Assembly: GCF_004010195.1 (NCBI RefSeq)
Contig: NC_057719.1
Coordinates: forward strand, 5,146,412-5,210,411
DNA: 64,000 nucleotides
Direction: 5' to 3'
From: Chiloscyllium plagiosum
Taxonomy: Eukaryota
The position numbers and the translations under genes are program-made. The notes under the pieces were generated by a model, which did not search any database, was not told where the DNA came from, and saw only the letters and a program-made list of their open reading frames with translations. Positions 13,040 through 26,100 of the stretch are shown in pieces; position 1 is the first letter of the stretch, and each line of letters begins with the position of its first letter.

Positions 13040-14640
13040 TTACAAGGTTCAATGCAATCTTCAGCCAGAACTGGTAAGTGAATGATCCATCTCGGCCTCC
13101 TTTAGTTGTGCCCCCCATCACAGAACCCAGTTTGATTCATTCCACCTGATATCAGGAAAAGGTTGATATTCTAGAATAGTACTGAAGACGTGTGCTCCAG
13201 AACTTGCCGCCCCCCCCTAGCCAAGCTCTTTCAGTACAGTTACAACACTGGCATCTACCCGACAATGTGGAAAATTGCCCGGGTGTGTCCTGTACACAAA
13301 AAGCAGGAGAAATTCAACCTGGCCAATTCCTGCCCAATCGGACCACTCTCCATCATCAGGAAAGTGATGGGAGGGGTCAGCAATAGTGCTATCAGGCAGC
13401 ACCTGCTCAGCAATAGCAATAGTGCTATCAGGCAGCACCTGCTCAGCAATAACCTGCTCAGTGACGCCCAGTTTGGGTTCAGCCAGGGTCACTCAGCTCC
13501 TGACCTCATCACAGCCTTGGGTCAAACATGGACAAAAGAGCTGAATTCCAGAGGGGAAGGGAGAGTGACAGCCCTTGACATCAAGACCATATTTGACCGA
13601 GCGGGTCATCAAGGAGCCCCAGCAAAACTGGAATCAATGGGAATCTGGGGGATAATTAAATCATGCCGGGCACATAGGAAGATAGTTTTTAGAGGTCAGG
13701 CACCTCATCTCTCCAGGAGTTCCTCAGGCTAGTGCTCTAGGCCCAAGCATCTCCAGCTGCTTCATCAATGACCATTATAAGGTCAGAAGTGCGGATGTTC
13801 ACTGATGATTATACCATTCACAACTCCTTAAATACTGAAGCAGTCGGTAGCCAAATGCAACAAGATCTGGGTTTGGACTAACAAGTGGCAAGTAACATTT
13901 ATGCCACACTAATGTCAGGGATTTCCAGCAAAATACAATCTAACCACTGCCCCATGAGAGTTAATCGCATTTCCATTCTGAAAAAGCCCCCTAACACATT
14001 CAACATTCTGGACGTTATTGTTAACCAGAAACTGAAGGGGACTCACCAATAACTACAGTGGCTGCAAAAGCAGGTCAGAAGCTGTAGCAAATAACTCACC
14101 TCCTGACACATCCCGCAGACCACTTGCCATCTACGAGTCACAAGTCAGGAGTGTGATGGAATACGCACCTCTTGCCTGGACGGTTGCACCTCCAACAACA
14201 CTCAAAAACCTTGACACCATCCAGGACAAAGCAGCCCGTTTGATTGACAAGCATCCATTCCATCCATCAGATGCTAGTGTGTACCATCTACAAGATGCAC
14301 TGCAGAAATTCACCAAAGGTCCTCAGACAGCACCTTCCAAACCCACAACCACTTCTATCTAGAAGGACAAGACTGGCAGATACATGGGATCACTACCATT
14401 TGACAGTTCCCTCCAAACCAGTCACCATTCTGATTTTGAAATATATTGCTGTTCCTTTGCTGTTGCTGAGTCAAACTCCTGGAATTCCCTCCCTAACAGC
14501 ATTGTGGGTCTATGTACAGGACATGGACTGCAGTAGTTCAAGAAGACAGCTCACCACTACCTTCTCAAGGGGCACGTAGGGATGGGCAATAAATGCTGGC
14601 CCAGCCAATGACACCCACATCCCATAAATGAATAAAAAAA
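13040..14640 (+). mobile_element. Decayed non-LTR retrotransposon (CR1/L2-group RT, distinct from the HER1-like CR1s)
   Basis: ORF 13190-13732 with PLAKLFQ...WKIARVCPVHKK...QFGF...ALDIKTIFDR; MEYAPLAW; tail ATGAATAAAAAAA. Confidence 0.85.
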
Positions 14641-15819
14641 ACAGCACAGCTCAGCTTGTTCTCAAGGCATAGGTTCAGGCTGAGAGATTCCTGGTTTCTG
14701 AAAGCTCTGTATGTCCCTTTGTCAAACAAATGGTAACAGCAGAGGAAAGCAGCATCAGTGAGTGCCATCTTGCCCTCACTTGTAGTTCTGACCTCTCTTG
14801 TCTGTTTTAATGCTCCTCACAACCTAGTCCACATCCTGAATTTGAGGTAGTCAGTATACAAGCCAGCTCACTGAATGGTATGGATCCACCTCAACGGACT
14901 GAGTGGTCTCCTGTTGTTCTTTACAGAGCTCTTGGTTAATGTGGTCCCATCTTGGTCAGGATAGTTACCTGGTATTCATGCAAAAGCAGCCTGCCCTTCT
15001 TTTGTGATCTATTTCTATTTTGTACATGGATGCAGAGCTTCACCATGTCACATTTTCTTGGAATTTCCATGGTTCCTGAATGTCACAGAGTTTTGGAGTT
15101 CTACAGCATAGAAAATGCCCCTTTGGCCCAATGAATCTGGGTCAGCCAAAAACAACCACCTAACTATTCTAATCCCATTTGCCAGCACTTGGCCCATAGC
15201 CTTGTGAGTCTTGGCATCAAAAGTCTACTTCAATGTTCTGACGGGTTCTGATGGAATCCAAACTTAACTGTACAGTGAGAGCTGATGTTGTCAGCTTGCT
15301 GCTGCTGCTGGATATCTGTAATATGTGAAAGCTAAGCTGGAGAAAATAGATGCAGCGTTGATATTACCGTCATATTGACTAATATCTTATTTGTTGAGAA
15401 ATAGTGTGATAAAAGATAACCCTGACTTCCTCAGAGTGCAATGGAAAAACAACTTGTAAGTGAGATCAGCATTGGGTGGACAGAATGAGAGATTCTATTA
15501 AAATACGGACACGACAGAATACCTTGATTGACTGTAAACATTTTTGCCTCCCAGGTGCCTGGAAACAAAAGGTAACCCTTTGCCGTTCATTGGCAGTATT
15601 TTTGCAAATGTTAGTCAATATCTCGATCAAAGATCTGGAGCCAGAGAGGCTTTAAAACAGGAAGTGGAGGCAGAGAGGAAGAGATGCTTCAGGGTGCTAT
15701 ATTTAGACAAAGAGTGATAGATGGTCTTTATATAGTGGGTCAAAGCAAAAACGATAGGTAAGAGAAACCATGGCCTCATCTTTGCTCTCTTAAATTGGAG
15801 GGGTGCAAATTTAAATGGC

Positions 15820-16146
15820 GGGCACCACTAGCAGTGGCTCAGTGGTGAGCAGTGCTGCCTCACAGCATCAGGGACCTGGGTTCAATTCCACCCTTAGGAG
15901 ACTGTCCGTGTGGAGTTTGCACATTCTCCCTGTGTCTGCATAGGTTTCCTCCCACAGTCCTAAGCTGTACAGGTTAGGTAGGTTAGCCATGTTAAATTGC
16001 CCATTGTGTCCAGGGATTAGCCACGGGCAATGCAGAGTTACAGGGATAGGATAGGGAGGTGGGTCTGGCTGGGATGCTCTTTGGAGGACCGGTGTGGACT
16101 CGATGGGACAAATGGTCTGCTTCCACGCTGCAGGGCCTCTATGACT
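15820..16146 (+). mobile_element. HE1-like SINE
   Basis: A/B boxes and TGTGGAGTTTGCACATTCTCCC core. Confidence 0.8.
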
Positions 16147-16199
16147 TTCAGATCCTGCTCCTGTCATTAATACTTCTTGAATCAAGAAGTGTAAGATAA

Positions 16200-18170
16200 T
16201 TCCAGAGCTCATCGTTAGCCTCTAGCTTGTTTTCTTCACTATACTGCTCTTTTAAAACATTCTCCCCTGCCTTGTCCATCCTTTCCTCCAACAATACTTA
16301 TAAGGAACTTGGATCTTTGATAGTGCTGGGAAATCCTAATCAGCTGCCTTCTGGCCTGATCTCCTCAGAAGGTACCTCCTGTATCTTTCCCTAGTTTCCC
16401 TCCTGTTTCCCCTCAGACCCTCTCCAAGCTCATTTTATTCATTCAATCTACCTTCTTGATCCTACTCTCACTGAACTGATAACATCCAATATCTTTCTTG
16501 GTCGCTATCACAGCCACTATTGTAATTAGTTCTCTCTCTTCAAAAGTTGTCTCTCTCTGTCTCTCTCTATCTCTCTCTATCTCGCTCTATCTCTCCTTCA
16601 ACTCTGCTGTCAATACTTCAGTCACACCAAACAAAAAAAGCTCTTAACCCTGATCCCCATCACCCAACCATATTCCCCCATTGCCAACCTGCCTATCCTT
16701 TCAAAGATCTTGGGATGTCACCCCACCAATTCATTCCCATGATTTGAATCCCTCCAATAAGGTTTCTGGCCCATGACAGGACCAAATAGCTCTTATCTAA
16801 GTAGCAAATGATATTCTCATTGTTGTGATGAAGGTGAGCTTTCGCTCTTTGTCCTCTTGGTCCAGTCTTCGGCCTTTGACATGGTTGACCATTAGGAGAC
16901 AGCGAGGACTGCAGATGCTGGAGATCAGAGTCTAGAGTGTGGTGCTGGAAAAGCACAGCAGGTCAGGTAGCATCCGAGGAGCAGGAGAGTTGATGTTTTG
17001 GGCCGGAGCCCTGATGAAGGATACTGTCTGACCTTGCTGTGCTTTTCCAGCAACACACTCTCAACTCGCAGTTGACCATTACCACATCTTCAGTGCCTCT
17101 TCACTGCAGCCCAGTGGAACTGCTCTCCTACTCCATTCTCATCTGTTTAATTAATTGTGATGTGTTCTCTCTCCACACCATTTCCTCTGGAGTTCCCTCA
17201 AGAATCCACTATTCGTCTCCTCCTATTTCTCATCTACATTCCATCCCTCAATGACATCATCCAAGGGCATGGTGTTCCTTTCCCCATGACCTCCTTCCAC
17301 ATCCAGGTCCACCTCTCTTGGTTCCTCCACTGTTACTGAATGATCAGATTGCTTCCCAGACATCCAATACTGGGTGAGCTGACATATCTTTCAATTAAAT
17401 ATGTGGGACATCAAAGTAACTGTCTTCAATCTCTGTTCTACACTCTTTTCACTGGCAACTTACTCCATCTGTGAGCCCGGCAGATACTTAACCAATCCGT
17501 TCTCAATCTTGGTGTCAAATCTAACCTTGAGATGAACTTCCAACTTCATATGTGTGTCATCACTAAGACCACCACTTCCCATTTCTGTAACATCACCTGC
17601 CTTCTTTCCTCTCTCAGTTCATCTGCTGCTGAAACCCTCATTGTGCCTCTTGGGATTGGCTAACTCCGGCACACTCCTGGCTGCTCTGTCATATTCTTTC
17701 CTCTGTAAACTTAAAGTCCTTCCAAATCTCACAGTAAATTCCATTCCCCTACCGTTCCTATCCTTGCTGACCTGCATTGTCAAACCACATTTGCATTTTA
17801 AAATGCTATCCCTGTCTTCAAAGTGTCTGTAACCTTGTCCCTCCCCATCCGTGTTGCCTACCGTCACCCTCCCAGCTCTCTGCCTGGCTCTAACTTGGGC
17901 CTTTTGACTATCCCAGATCTCAATCACCTTCGGTAGCCATGCCAACAGTTACCTGGGCCCTGAGCTCTGCAATTCTCTCCCTAACCTTCTCCACATCGTT
18001 CTCACTCCACAGTCATTGAAACCTACCCCTTTGACCAAGCTTTTGGTCACCTGTCCTAATATCACTTTTGTCATTCTTTGCCATGTTTTGTTTTATGTTT
18101 CAATGAGGCACCTTGGAAGTTGTCACTTTTTGCAAGGTGATATATCAATGCAGGTTGATGTTGTAGTAAA
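16200..18170 (+). mobile_element. Old, highly diverged L2-like LINE remnant
   Basis: C/T-rich strand; remnants such as SSGVP and LNDIIQGHGVPF; L2-like 3' end TATATCAATGCAGGTTGATGTTG. Confidence 0.5.
16895..17070. mobile_element. Family A fold-back element with 11-bp TSD
   Basis: TSD GTTGACCATTA at 16884-16894 and 17071-17081. Confidence 0.8.
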
Positions 18171-18640
18171 TGTTATGGGAATATTATTCATTAAGCATGA
18201 AATTCTCACTTTGTTTTGGGCATTTTTTCTCCTTCAGTCATCAACGATCATTCATCTGAACGCTGTGTATCGAGTTTACTTCATTTACGGCCCATTCAAT
18301 GTGAAACGTTCCTCCAATGTAATTGTTTCCCTGCAGCTGGAAATAGTTGACCCTAACCTTCCTCATTAAGGAATTTGGCAGGCTGCCTAGTCCTTCAAGC
18401 ACAGGAACAACAGCCAGGAAATGGCCTGCTTTAACTCTCCATACTCCCCCCCTCCCCCTGCAGGGAGGTGGACTGGCTTCTGTTCAACATTCACCTAGAC
18501 TGAGGTGTGGGAACATGGCTCTAGGAGGACCATAGGGTGAGGGGATTCACATTGCTAAGTCCCTCCCAATTGTTATTTCCCTCAACCTTTGCTCCCAGCA
18601 ATGGGGGAGGGAGGGGGAGGTGGGGTCAGAATGTCCTTTT

Positions 18641-18772
18641 AGGAGAAAGTGAGGACTGCAGATGCTGGAGATCAGAGTCGAGAGTGTGGTGCTGAAAAAG
18701 CACAGCAGGTCAGGCAGCATCCGAGGAGCAGGAGAATCGACATTTCGGGCAAGAGGCCTTCATCGGGAATGA
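18641..18772 (-). mobile_element. Family A single-arm copy
   Basis: AGGAGAAAGTGAGGACTGCAGATGCTGG...CCTTCATCGGGAATG. Confidence 0.75.
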
Positions 18773-18869
18773 GGCTAACCTCTCGGGGGATGTCCTCTTG
18801 TTTTATTCAGATGCCTTCTGTTCAGTGTTCAATACAGGTGTATTTTGTAGTGGAGAAAATATGAAGATG

Positions 18870-19900
18870 AATGTTAGAATCGATCAGAAATGAAGCAATA
18901 AATGGTCTCTTGGAGCAACTGATTGGATTTGGCCTAGTCAGCATGGATTAGTGAGTGGAAAATTATGTTTGATGAACTGGTTGAAGAATTTTGAAGGGAG
19001 TTAACAGATGAGTTGACACATATGACTTTCAGAGCTGAAAATGTGTTGCTGGAAAAGCGCAGCAGGTCGGGCAGCATCCAAGGAGCAGAAGAATCGACGT
19101 TTTGGGCATGAGCCCTTCTTCAGGAATGAGCCCATTCCTGAAGAAGGGCTCATGCCCGAAACGTCATTCCTGAAGAAGGGCTCATGCCCGAAACGTCGAT
19201 TCTCCTGCTCCTTGGATGCTGCCTGACCTGCTGCGCTTTTCCAGCAACACATTTTCAGCTCTGATCTCCAGCATCTGCAGTCCTCACTTTCCCCACATAT
19301 GACTTTCAACAAAGTTCCTCCCAAGAGATTGGTTAGAAACATTAAAGCACACAGAATAGGAGGCAAAGTGCTGGCATGGATTAAGCATTGACTATCAGAC
19401 AGAAAACAGAGAATAACGAATACATGAGTCATTCTCACATTGACAGACTGTGACTAGTGGGGTACCACAAGGATCAGTACCCCAGCCCCAGCTGATCAAA
19501 ATATAGATCAATGATTTGGATCTGGGGAATGAACATTTCAATGTTTGTGGATGATACAAAACTGAGCAGGAACGTGTGTTGTGATGAAGAAGTAAAATGT
19601 TTTCAAAAAGATTTTGACAGGCTCAGTGAATAGGAAAGAAGATGGCAGATGGAATACAATGTGGAAAATGTGAGATTATTCATGATGGTAGGAAGACCAA
19701 TTGTGCAGGATATTTCTTAAATAGTAAGAAGTTAGATAGTGTAGATGTCACAAAGGTGTCCTTGTCAATAGGTCATTGAAGGCTAACATGCAGGTGCAGT
19801 GAGCTGGAAGGCTAATGGAATGTTAGCCTTTATCGCAAGAAGATTTCAGTACAGCAGCAGTGAAGGCTTGCTTCATTTGTATAAGAGCCTGATTAGACTG
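18870..19900 (+). mobile_element. Decayed CR1 RT fragment, interrupted by a family A element
   Basis: Remnants of TSGVPQGSV, DDTKL and WQMEYNVE. Confidence 0.7.
19032..19293. mobile_element. Family A fold-back element with tandem hammerhead-like cores and 15-bp TSD
   Basis: TSD CACATATGACTTTCA at 19017-19031 and 19294-19308; 32-bp tandem repeat 19134-19165/19166-19197. Confidence 0.9.
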
Positions 19901-19969
19901 AAGTAATGTATCCGAAACCCCAACTGGAATATGATAAGAAAGAAAGCAAGCAAGCAAGAGATAGAATTA

Positions 19970-20045
19970 TAGAGGGAGAGAGACAGACAGATAGAGAGAG
20001 AGAGAGAGAGAGAAAGAGATAGAAAGAGAGAAAGAGAGAGAGAGC
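19970..20045. repeat. (GA)n-rich microsatellite
   Basis: Direct observation. Confidence 0.9.
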
Positions 20046-20454
20046 TGAATAGAGGGGAAGTATTATCACTGGATTGTTAATCTAGAAACCCAGGTTATGT
20101 CTCGGGAAACTGAGTTCAAATCCTGCCATGGTGAAATTAGAATTCCAAAACTTGGAATTCAGAGCCTAATGAGCACTGTGAATCCAATGCTGCCTGTTTG
20201 GAAGTAAACACCATCTGGCTCACTAAATGTCCTTCAGGGAAAGAAACTGCCATCCTTACCTGCATGTGACTCCAGACTCACAGCAATGGTTGACTCTTAA
20301 CTGTGCCCGAGGTAATAAATGGCCTCAACCTGTGAATGAATTAAAAAATAAGGAGAGTGAGAGAGGGATGTTGGTTGAGACATAAACGGTGAAAGGGACT
20401 GGAAATGAGACTCGAAGGACTGGAAAAGGAATGGAGAGATTATTCTTAAATAAT

Positions 20455-20960
20455 TCATCCATGGACAATGGGTGTTGTTAGCAAGGTCAGCATTGAGAAG
20501 GTGAGGGTGAGTTGCCATCTTGAAAAGCTGCAGTCCATGCAGACCCACAAGCCCTTAGGGAGGGAATTCCAGGAATTTGACCCAGCAACACTAAAAGAAC
20601 GACAATATATTTCCAAGTCAGGGTGGCGAGTGGCTTGGAGAGGACCTTGGGGGATGGTATTCCTATGTGTCTGTTCCTCTTGTCCCTCTGAAGGAAAATG
20701 TTTGGAACTTGCTATCGAAGGAGTCTTGATGAGTTGTTGCAGTGTGTCTTGTAGATGGCTCACCCTGTTTCGACAGTACAACTGTGGTGGAGAGAGAGAA
20801 AATTTAAGCTGGCAGATAGGATGCCAATCAAGCAGGCTGCTGAGTTGTTAAATGGTGTTCGATTGTTGTTACACTGATCTGGGCAAGAGAGGATTGTTCC
20901 ATCACACTCCTGACCTGTGCCTTGTAGGTAGTGGGCAGGCTGCGGGAAGGCAAGTAGTGA
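20455..20960 (-). mobile_element. 3' fragment of the 13040-type LINE
   Basis: Reverse-complement match to ~14100-14620 (SWNSLP, CATCTACAAGA). Confidence 0.7.
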
Positions 20961-20979
20961 AAAGAGTGCATAAGGAATG

Positions 20980-21135
20980 AGAAAGGAGAGACAGAGAGAG
21001 AGAGAGAGAGTGAAAGGAGAGAGATAGTGAAAGGAGAGAGAGAGAGAGGTTCTGGAGGGGTGGGAAATTAATGAACAGCAGAGAAAAATACCATGTAAAG
21101 AAAGGGGGGTGTGGGGGGGGAGAGCGAGACAGCGA

Positions 21136-21173
<38 letters not shown>

Positions 21174-21180
21174 AAAGAAG
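20980..21180. repeat. (GA)n-rich low-complexity tract
   Basis: Direct observation. Confidence 0.9.
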
Positions 21181-22290
21181 TGTTCACTTCTGTCTTTTAG
21201 CTGTTTGTCTTCAGTGTGGCCCTTACCCCACCTTAGCTTCTTTTACCTTTCAATCAAGATCATTCCAAACTCACGCTCTGCTTGTGGGTTCCTGCCTTTC
21301 CTACCCGCAACACTTTCGAAAGGCACGTGATTGGCTGCTGAGAGCTTTAGTTGGGCCCTGAGATTGTGAAAAGGTTTTTAAAAATTCCTGCTGTTTAAGG
21401 GAATCCAACATTTTTCATGGTTCAAACCAGGCAGTGGACATGAAAATGATGAACACCAGCAAGTGGTTGGATTACAGGATGAGTGTGAAATAGAGAGAAA
21501 TGATGTAAACCTGCTCATTCAGACAAGTGGAAAACAAATGGATCTGAAGCCAAGAATGATTCATGAATAAGTATAATTTACTTATAAAATTATCAACAAA
21601 CAGCATGTAATGGACAAGCCTTGAGGACATTTGATAACAAATCAGAACAAATTACAGAAGCATAAACTGATGAGTTGTGAGAGCTCAATTTGGAATAATA
21701 ATATTTTAGATTTACCTCTGGCCCCTTTCCAGGACCAACCTCATCCCTGGGGCTCCTCATAAAGTTGCTCAAATGTCTAAATTGACAGATTGTCATTTAT
21801 GCCTGGATAAAACAATTGAGCCAGTATCAATTGCTATCTTGAAAAAACACATTCATAGAATTCTGATTAAGACAGAATTAGCACAGCTCTCCAACCATCT
21901 AGTCTCCTGCCTTCTCCTTGTAACTCTACTCATTCTTCTTTTCTAGATTATAATCTCACTTGTCTTGAAAGCTTTCATTAAAACTGCCTCCTCCCCCAAC
22001 CCCTATGTAGGTGGCAGTATATTTCATGCCTTAACCACACACACTGCATGAGAAACTATTTCCTCACCTTATTTTCACTATAGTGCTATCTCATCAGATA
22101 CTGAGTCAGGACATCAACTCTACACCCTCACCCTCCTGCAGTTCATCGCAGAAACTCTTACCTCACAACCAGCCTACCAGCCAACATTGCAGTCCCAAAC
22201 ACAAGGTTTCCAGATGGAATAGTTGAAAATGTTCAGTCAAAATGAAAGAATAAAGTAAAATGGATTTGTCTCCCATGGTTGCTCTGTGAG

Positions 22291-22932
22291 GTCATAGAGT
22301 CATAGAGATGTACAGCATGGAAACAGACCCTTTGGTCCAACTGCCCATTTCAACCAGACATCCCAACTCAATCTAGTCCCACCTGCCAGCACCCGGACCA
22401 TATCCCTCCAAACCCTTCCTATTCATATACACATCCAAATGCTTCTTAAATGTTGCAATTGTACCAGCTTCTACCACATCCTTTGGCAGCTCATTCCATA
22501 CACGTACCACCCTCTGCGTGAAAAAGTTGCCCCTTAGGTCTCTTTTATATCTTTCCCCTCTCACCCTAAACCTATGCCCTCTAGTTCTGGACTCCCCGAC
22601 CCCAGGGAAAAGACTTTGCCGATTTACCCTACCCATGCCCCTCATCATTTTGTAAACCTCTATAAGGTCACCCTTCAGCCTCCGACGCTCCAGGGGAAAC
22701 AGCCCCAGGCTGTTCAGTCTCTCCCTGTAGCTCAGATCCTCCAACCCTGGCAACATTCTTGTAAATCTTTTCTGAACCCTTTCAAGTTTCACAACATCTT
22801 TCCGATAGCAAGGAGACCAGAATTGCACGCAATATTCTAACAGTGGCCTAGCCAATGTCCTGTACAGCTGCAACCTGACCTCCCAACTCCTGTACTCAAT
22901 ACTCTGACCAATAAAGGAAAGCATACCAAATG
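22291..22932 (-). mobile_element. Young CR1 (HER1-like) 3' segment
   Basis: Open ORF2 C-terminus AFGMLSFIGQ...RPLLEYCVQFWSP...GPGAGRWD; (CTCTATGA)n tail. Confidence 0.95.
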
Positions 22933-24442
22933 CATGGATTTGTTCCAGGTGCTCTGAGTTTCCTCCCAAAGTCCGAAGATGTGCAAGGTAGGTGGACTGG
23001 CCATGGTAAATTGCCCATAGTGTCTAGGGATGTGCTAGCTAGGTGGGTTAGCCACGGGGAGTGCAGGGTAACAGGGACGGGGTGGGATCTTTAGAGGTCA
23101 GTGTTGACTGAATGGGCAGCTTCCATACTGTAGGAGATTCTATGATTTAGGAATAAGGAAATAATTTGTGTGCAGTGTTTTCCAAGGCAGTGATAGATAG
23201 CTGTGTGCAAAGAGAAATTGGGAGGGGTGGGGGGATGTTTGGTATCAGAGTCAAGATTAGAGTGCTGCTGGAAAAGCACAGCAGGTCAGGCAGCATCTGA
23301 GGAGCAGGAATTGTTATGTTGTGGGAAGGAGATGGGATATTGGAGTTGATGATAGGTAGATTGGAGGGGATGGAGTATGGGGGAGATGATGCACAGAAAT
23401 GGAGATATCTACGGTAAGGAGTTATCCAGTTAGGACAGAGATGAGGAGGAATTTCTTCGTACAACGTGTAATGAATCTATGGAATCCACCTAATCCGCAC
23501 ATCTATGGACTGTGGGAGGAAACCAGAGTAAACCCACACAGACACGGGAAGAATGGGCAAACTCTACACAGTCACCTGAGGATGGAATCGTACCCGGGTC
23601 CCTGGCACCATGAGGCAGCAGTGCTAACCACTGAGCCACCATGCTGCCCCTTAGTGACATACTTTGTTTTATAATGCTCCTGTTAAGCGCTTTTGTTGTG
23701 TTAAAGGCAAAGTAAAATTGTTGGATGAGACCATCCTGACTTACAATGTCACCGCCATCTCCACGTCTTTGTTATTTTCAGCTGACTGAAATCACTGAAG
23801 CTATTGGAACACTATACATTATGTCTTCACGGCAGTGTCTTTGTTACCTCCTAAATGATTCTGCAGTAGTCAAAGTGTATTTTACCAACAGCATTTTATT
23901 TACACTCTGATGCTGCAAAAGTGTTAAAAGGTATGGCACTGGAAAAGCACAGCAGGTCAGGCAGCATCCGAGGAGCAGGAGAGTCGACATTTTGAGCATA
24001 AGCCCTTCATTATTCCTGATGATCTCCAGCATCTGCAGTCCTCGCTTTCTCCTCATTGATGTTGCATACAGTCATTGAGCTACACTAGTTCAGGGTGTTT
24101 CCTCTATTAGGTTTCCCTTACCTCTCTGTCCTAGTCATGGGATGATACATCACCATTCTACCAGGAGCCTGTGGGCTGATTCTATTAAACCATTACCCCA
24201 CAGGCAACGAGAGCAGGTCTGAGTCTAGATCAATATTTCTGAAATCTCAAGCATCGCAGCTCTGTAAGGACTCACCAAAATATGAACTTATTACCTCTTC
24301 TGGGCAACTAGGGTGGACAATAACTTGACTTTGCCAACATCACCTATCGTTGTAACGATGCTGCTCCTTTAACAAGGTTATATTGTCCTTGGCTTTGTAG
24401 AGGGTTGTAAAGGCAAAGGTTTTGATATTTCTAGAATTATCT
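22931..24442 (+). repeat. Copy 2 of the ~1.5-kb duplication
   Basis: Near-identical to 5102-6614; begins mid-SINE. Confidence 0.95.
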
Positions 24443-24789
24443 ACTTGACAATGAAAGGAGAGTGGCCAGTTCTCCCAGTTCAGGGTTTGGTTTGGTTTGG
24501 TTTTTATTTGCAGCTATTGGTTAAGTTTTAGCTGGGAACCCAAAGAAGCAGCTCCGTGCTGATCCTCTCTCTCTGTCTGACATCTCTCCTGTAAGAACCT
24601 ACGTTTGATTTTATCTTTCTTTTGCCGAAGGAGTGTGTAAGGGGATGTTGCAGCTATTTGGAACAGTATCATTAAGTTGTGATAGAGTCAATTGGGTTTT
24701 CAGATAGGTTGAGTTAATCTAAATTCAGTGCTCTGTTGTATGTGTTTCATTCACTGGCCTGGAAATCAATCCTGTTTTGTTTTGAACCC

Positions 24790-25175
24790 TAAGACCTTAC
24801 CATTAAGTGTATAAGTCCTGCTAAGATTTGCTTTCCCAAAATGCAGCACCTCACATTTCTCTGAATTAAACTCCATCTGCCACTTCTCACCCCATTGGCC
24901 CATCTGGTCCAGATCCTGTTGTAATCTGAGGTAACCCTCTTCGCTGTGCACTGCGCCTCCAATTTTGGTGTCATCTGCAAACTTACTAACTGTCCCTCTT
25001 ATGCTCGCATCCAAATCATTTATGTAAATGACAAAAAGTAGAGGACCCAGCACCAATCCTTGTGGCACTCCACTGATCACAGGCCTCCAGTCTGAAAAAC
25101 AACCCTCCACCACCACCCTCTGTCTTCTACCTTTGAGCCAGTTCTGTATCCAAATGGCTCGTTCTCCCTGTATTC
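24790..25175 (-). mobile_element. Young CR1 RT segment, colinear with 22291-22932
   Basis: GVPQGLVLGPLLF...SKFADDTKIGG...TYTLNGKVLG. Confidence 0.95.
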
Positions 25176-25499
25176 AGATTCAGGGGATGGTTTAATCAGA
25201 TCCCATGTGGAACCAGACCCTCAGACATCACCATGGAGACTAATCAACATGGGATGTAGAGGGTAGGATGTGAATCTATGTGGTGAATTTCACTTGGCTG
25301 TGGGCATTGAGGTGGTGGGAAGGGTTGTGGGGAGTGAGGGGGGAAATGGGTGGGGATGTTGAAGCAGTACAACCAGTTCCACCTTCCATCCCTCTTTCCC
25401 AACAGTCCTGAAAACCTTTCTTTGCCCAGCCTGTCAGAGACTGTGACCGTGGTTCACTCCTGGGAAGAGGGAAGATTTTTTTTAGTTAATGGGATGTGA

Positions 25500-25832
25500 G
25501 CCAGCATGGTGGGATGGCACTACTGCCTCACAGTGCTATGGACCCAGGTTCGATTCCACTCTCGGGCGACTGTCTGTGTCGAGTTTGCACATTCTCCCCA
25601 TGTCTGCGTGGGTTTCCTCCGGGTGCTCCGGTTTCCTCCCACAGTCCAATGATGCGCAGGTCAGGTGGGTTGACCATGCTAAATTGCCCCATAGTGTCTA
25701 GGGATGTGTAGGTTAGGTGGATAACTATGGGGAATGAAGTGATAGGGGGGATCTGGGTGGGATGCTGTTCAGAAATTCAGTGTAGATTTGAAGGGCTGAA
25801 TAGCCTATTTCCATACTTTAGGGATTCTATGT
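25500..25832 (+). mobile_element. HE1-like SINE
   Basis: GGTTCGATTCC B-box; GGGTTTCCTCCGGGTGCTCCGGTTTCCTCCC core. Confidence 0.85.
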
Positions 25833-25969
25833 TCATTTATTGCCCAGAGGGCAGTTAAGAGTCAACCAAATTGCTATAGGTCTGGACAAGTGTAGGCCAG
25901 ACTGAGTAAGGATTTCCTTCCCTAAAAGATGTGAGTGAATTAGGTGGATTTAGCAATCAACAGAGCTTA

Positions 25970-26100
25970 ATCTGATGAAGGGCTCCTGCCCGAAACATCG
26001 ATTCTCCTGCTCCTCGGATGCTGCCTGACCTGCTGTGTTTTTCTAGCACCACTTTAATCTTGACTCTGATCTCCAGAATCTGCAGTCCTCACTTTTGCCT
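25970..26100 (+). mobile_element. Family A solo unit starting at the hammerhead-like core, 11-bp TSD
   Basis: TSD AACAGAGCTTA at 25959-25969 and 26101-26111; CTGATGA at 25972-25978. Confidence 0.85.

Noticed and set aside
19134..19197. CRISPR-like repeat array
   Set aside because: Two abutting repeats with no spacer, no cas genes, and vertebrate context.
21071..21361. ER/RE-rich ORFs
   Set aside because: Translation of a GA microsatellite.
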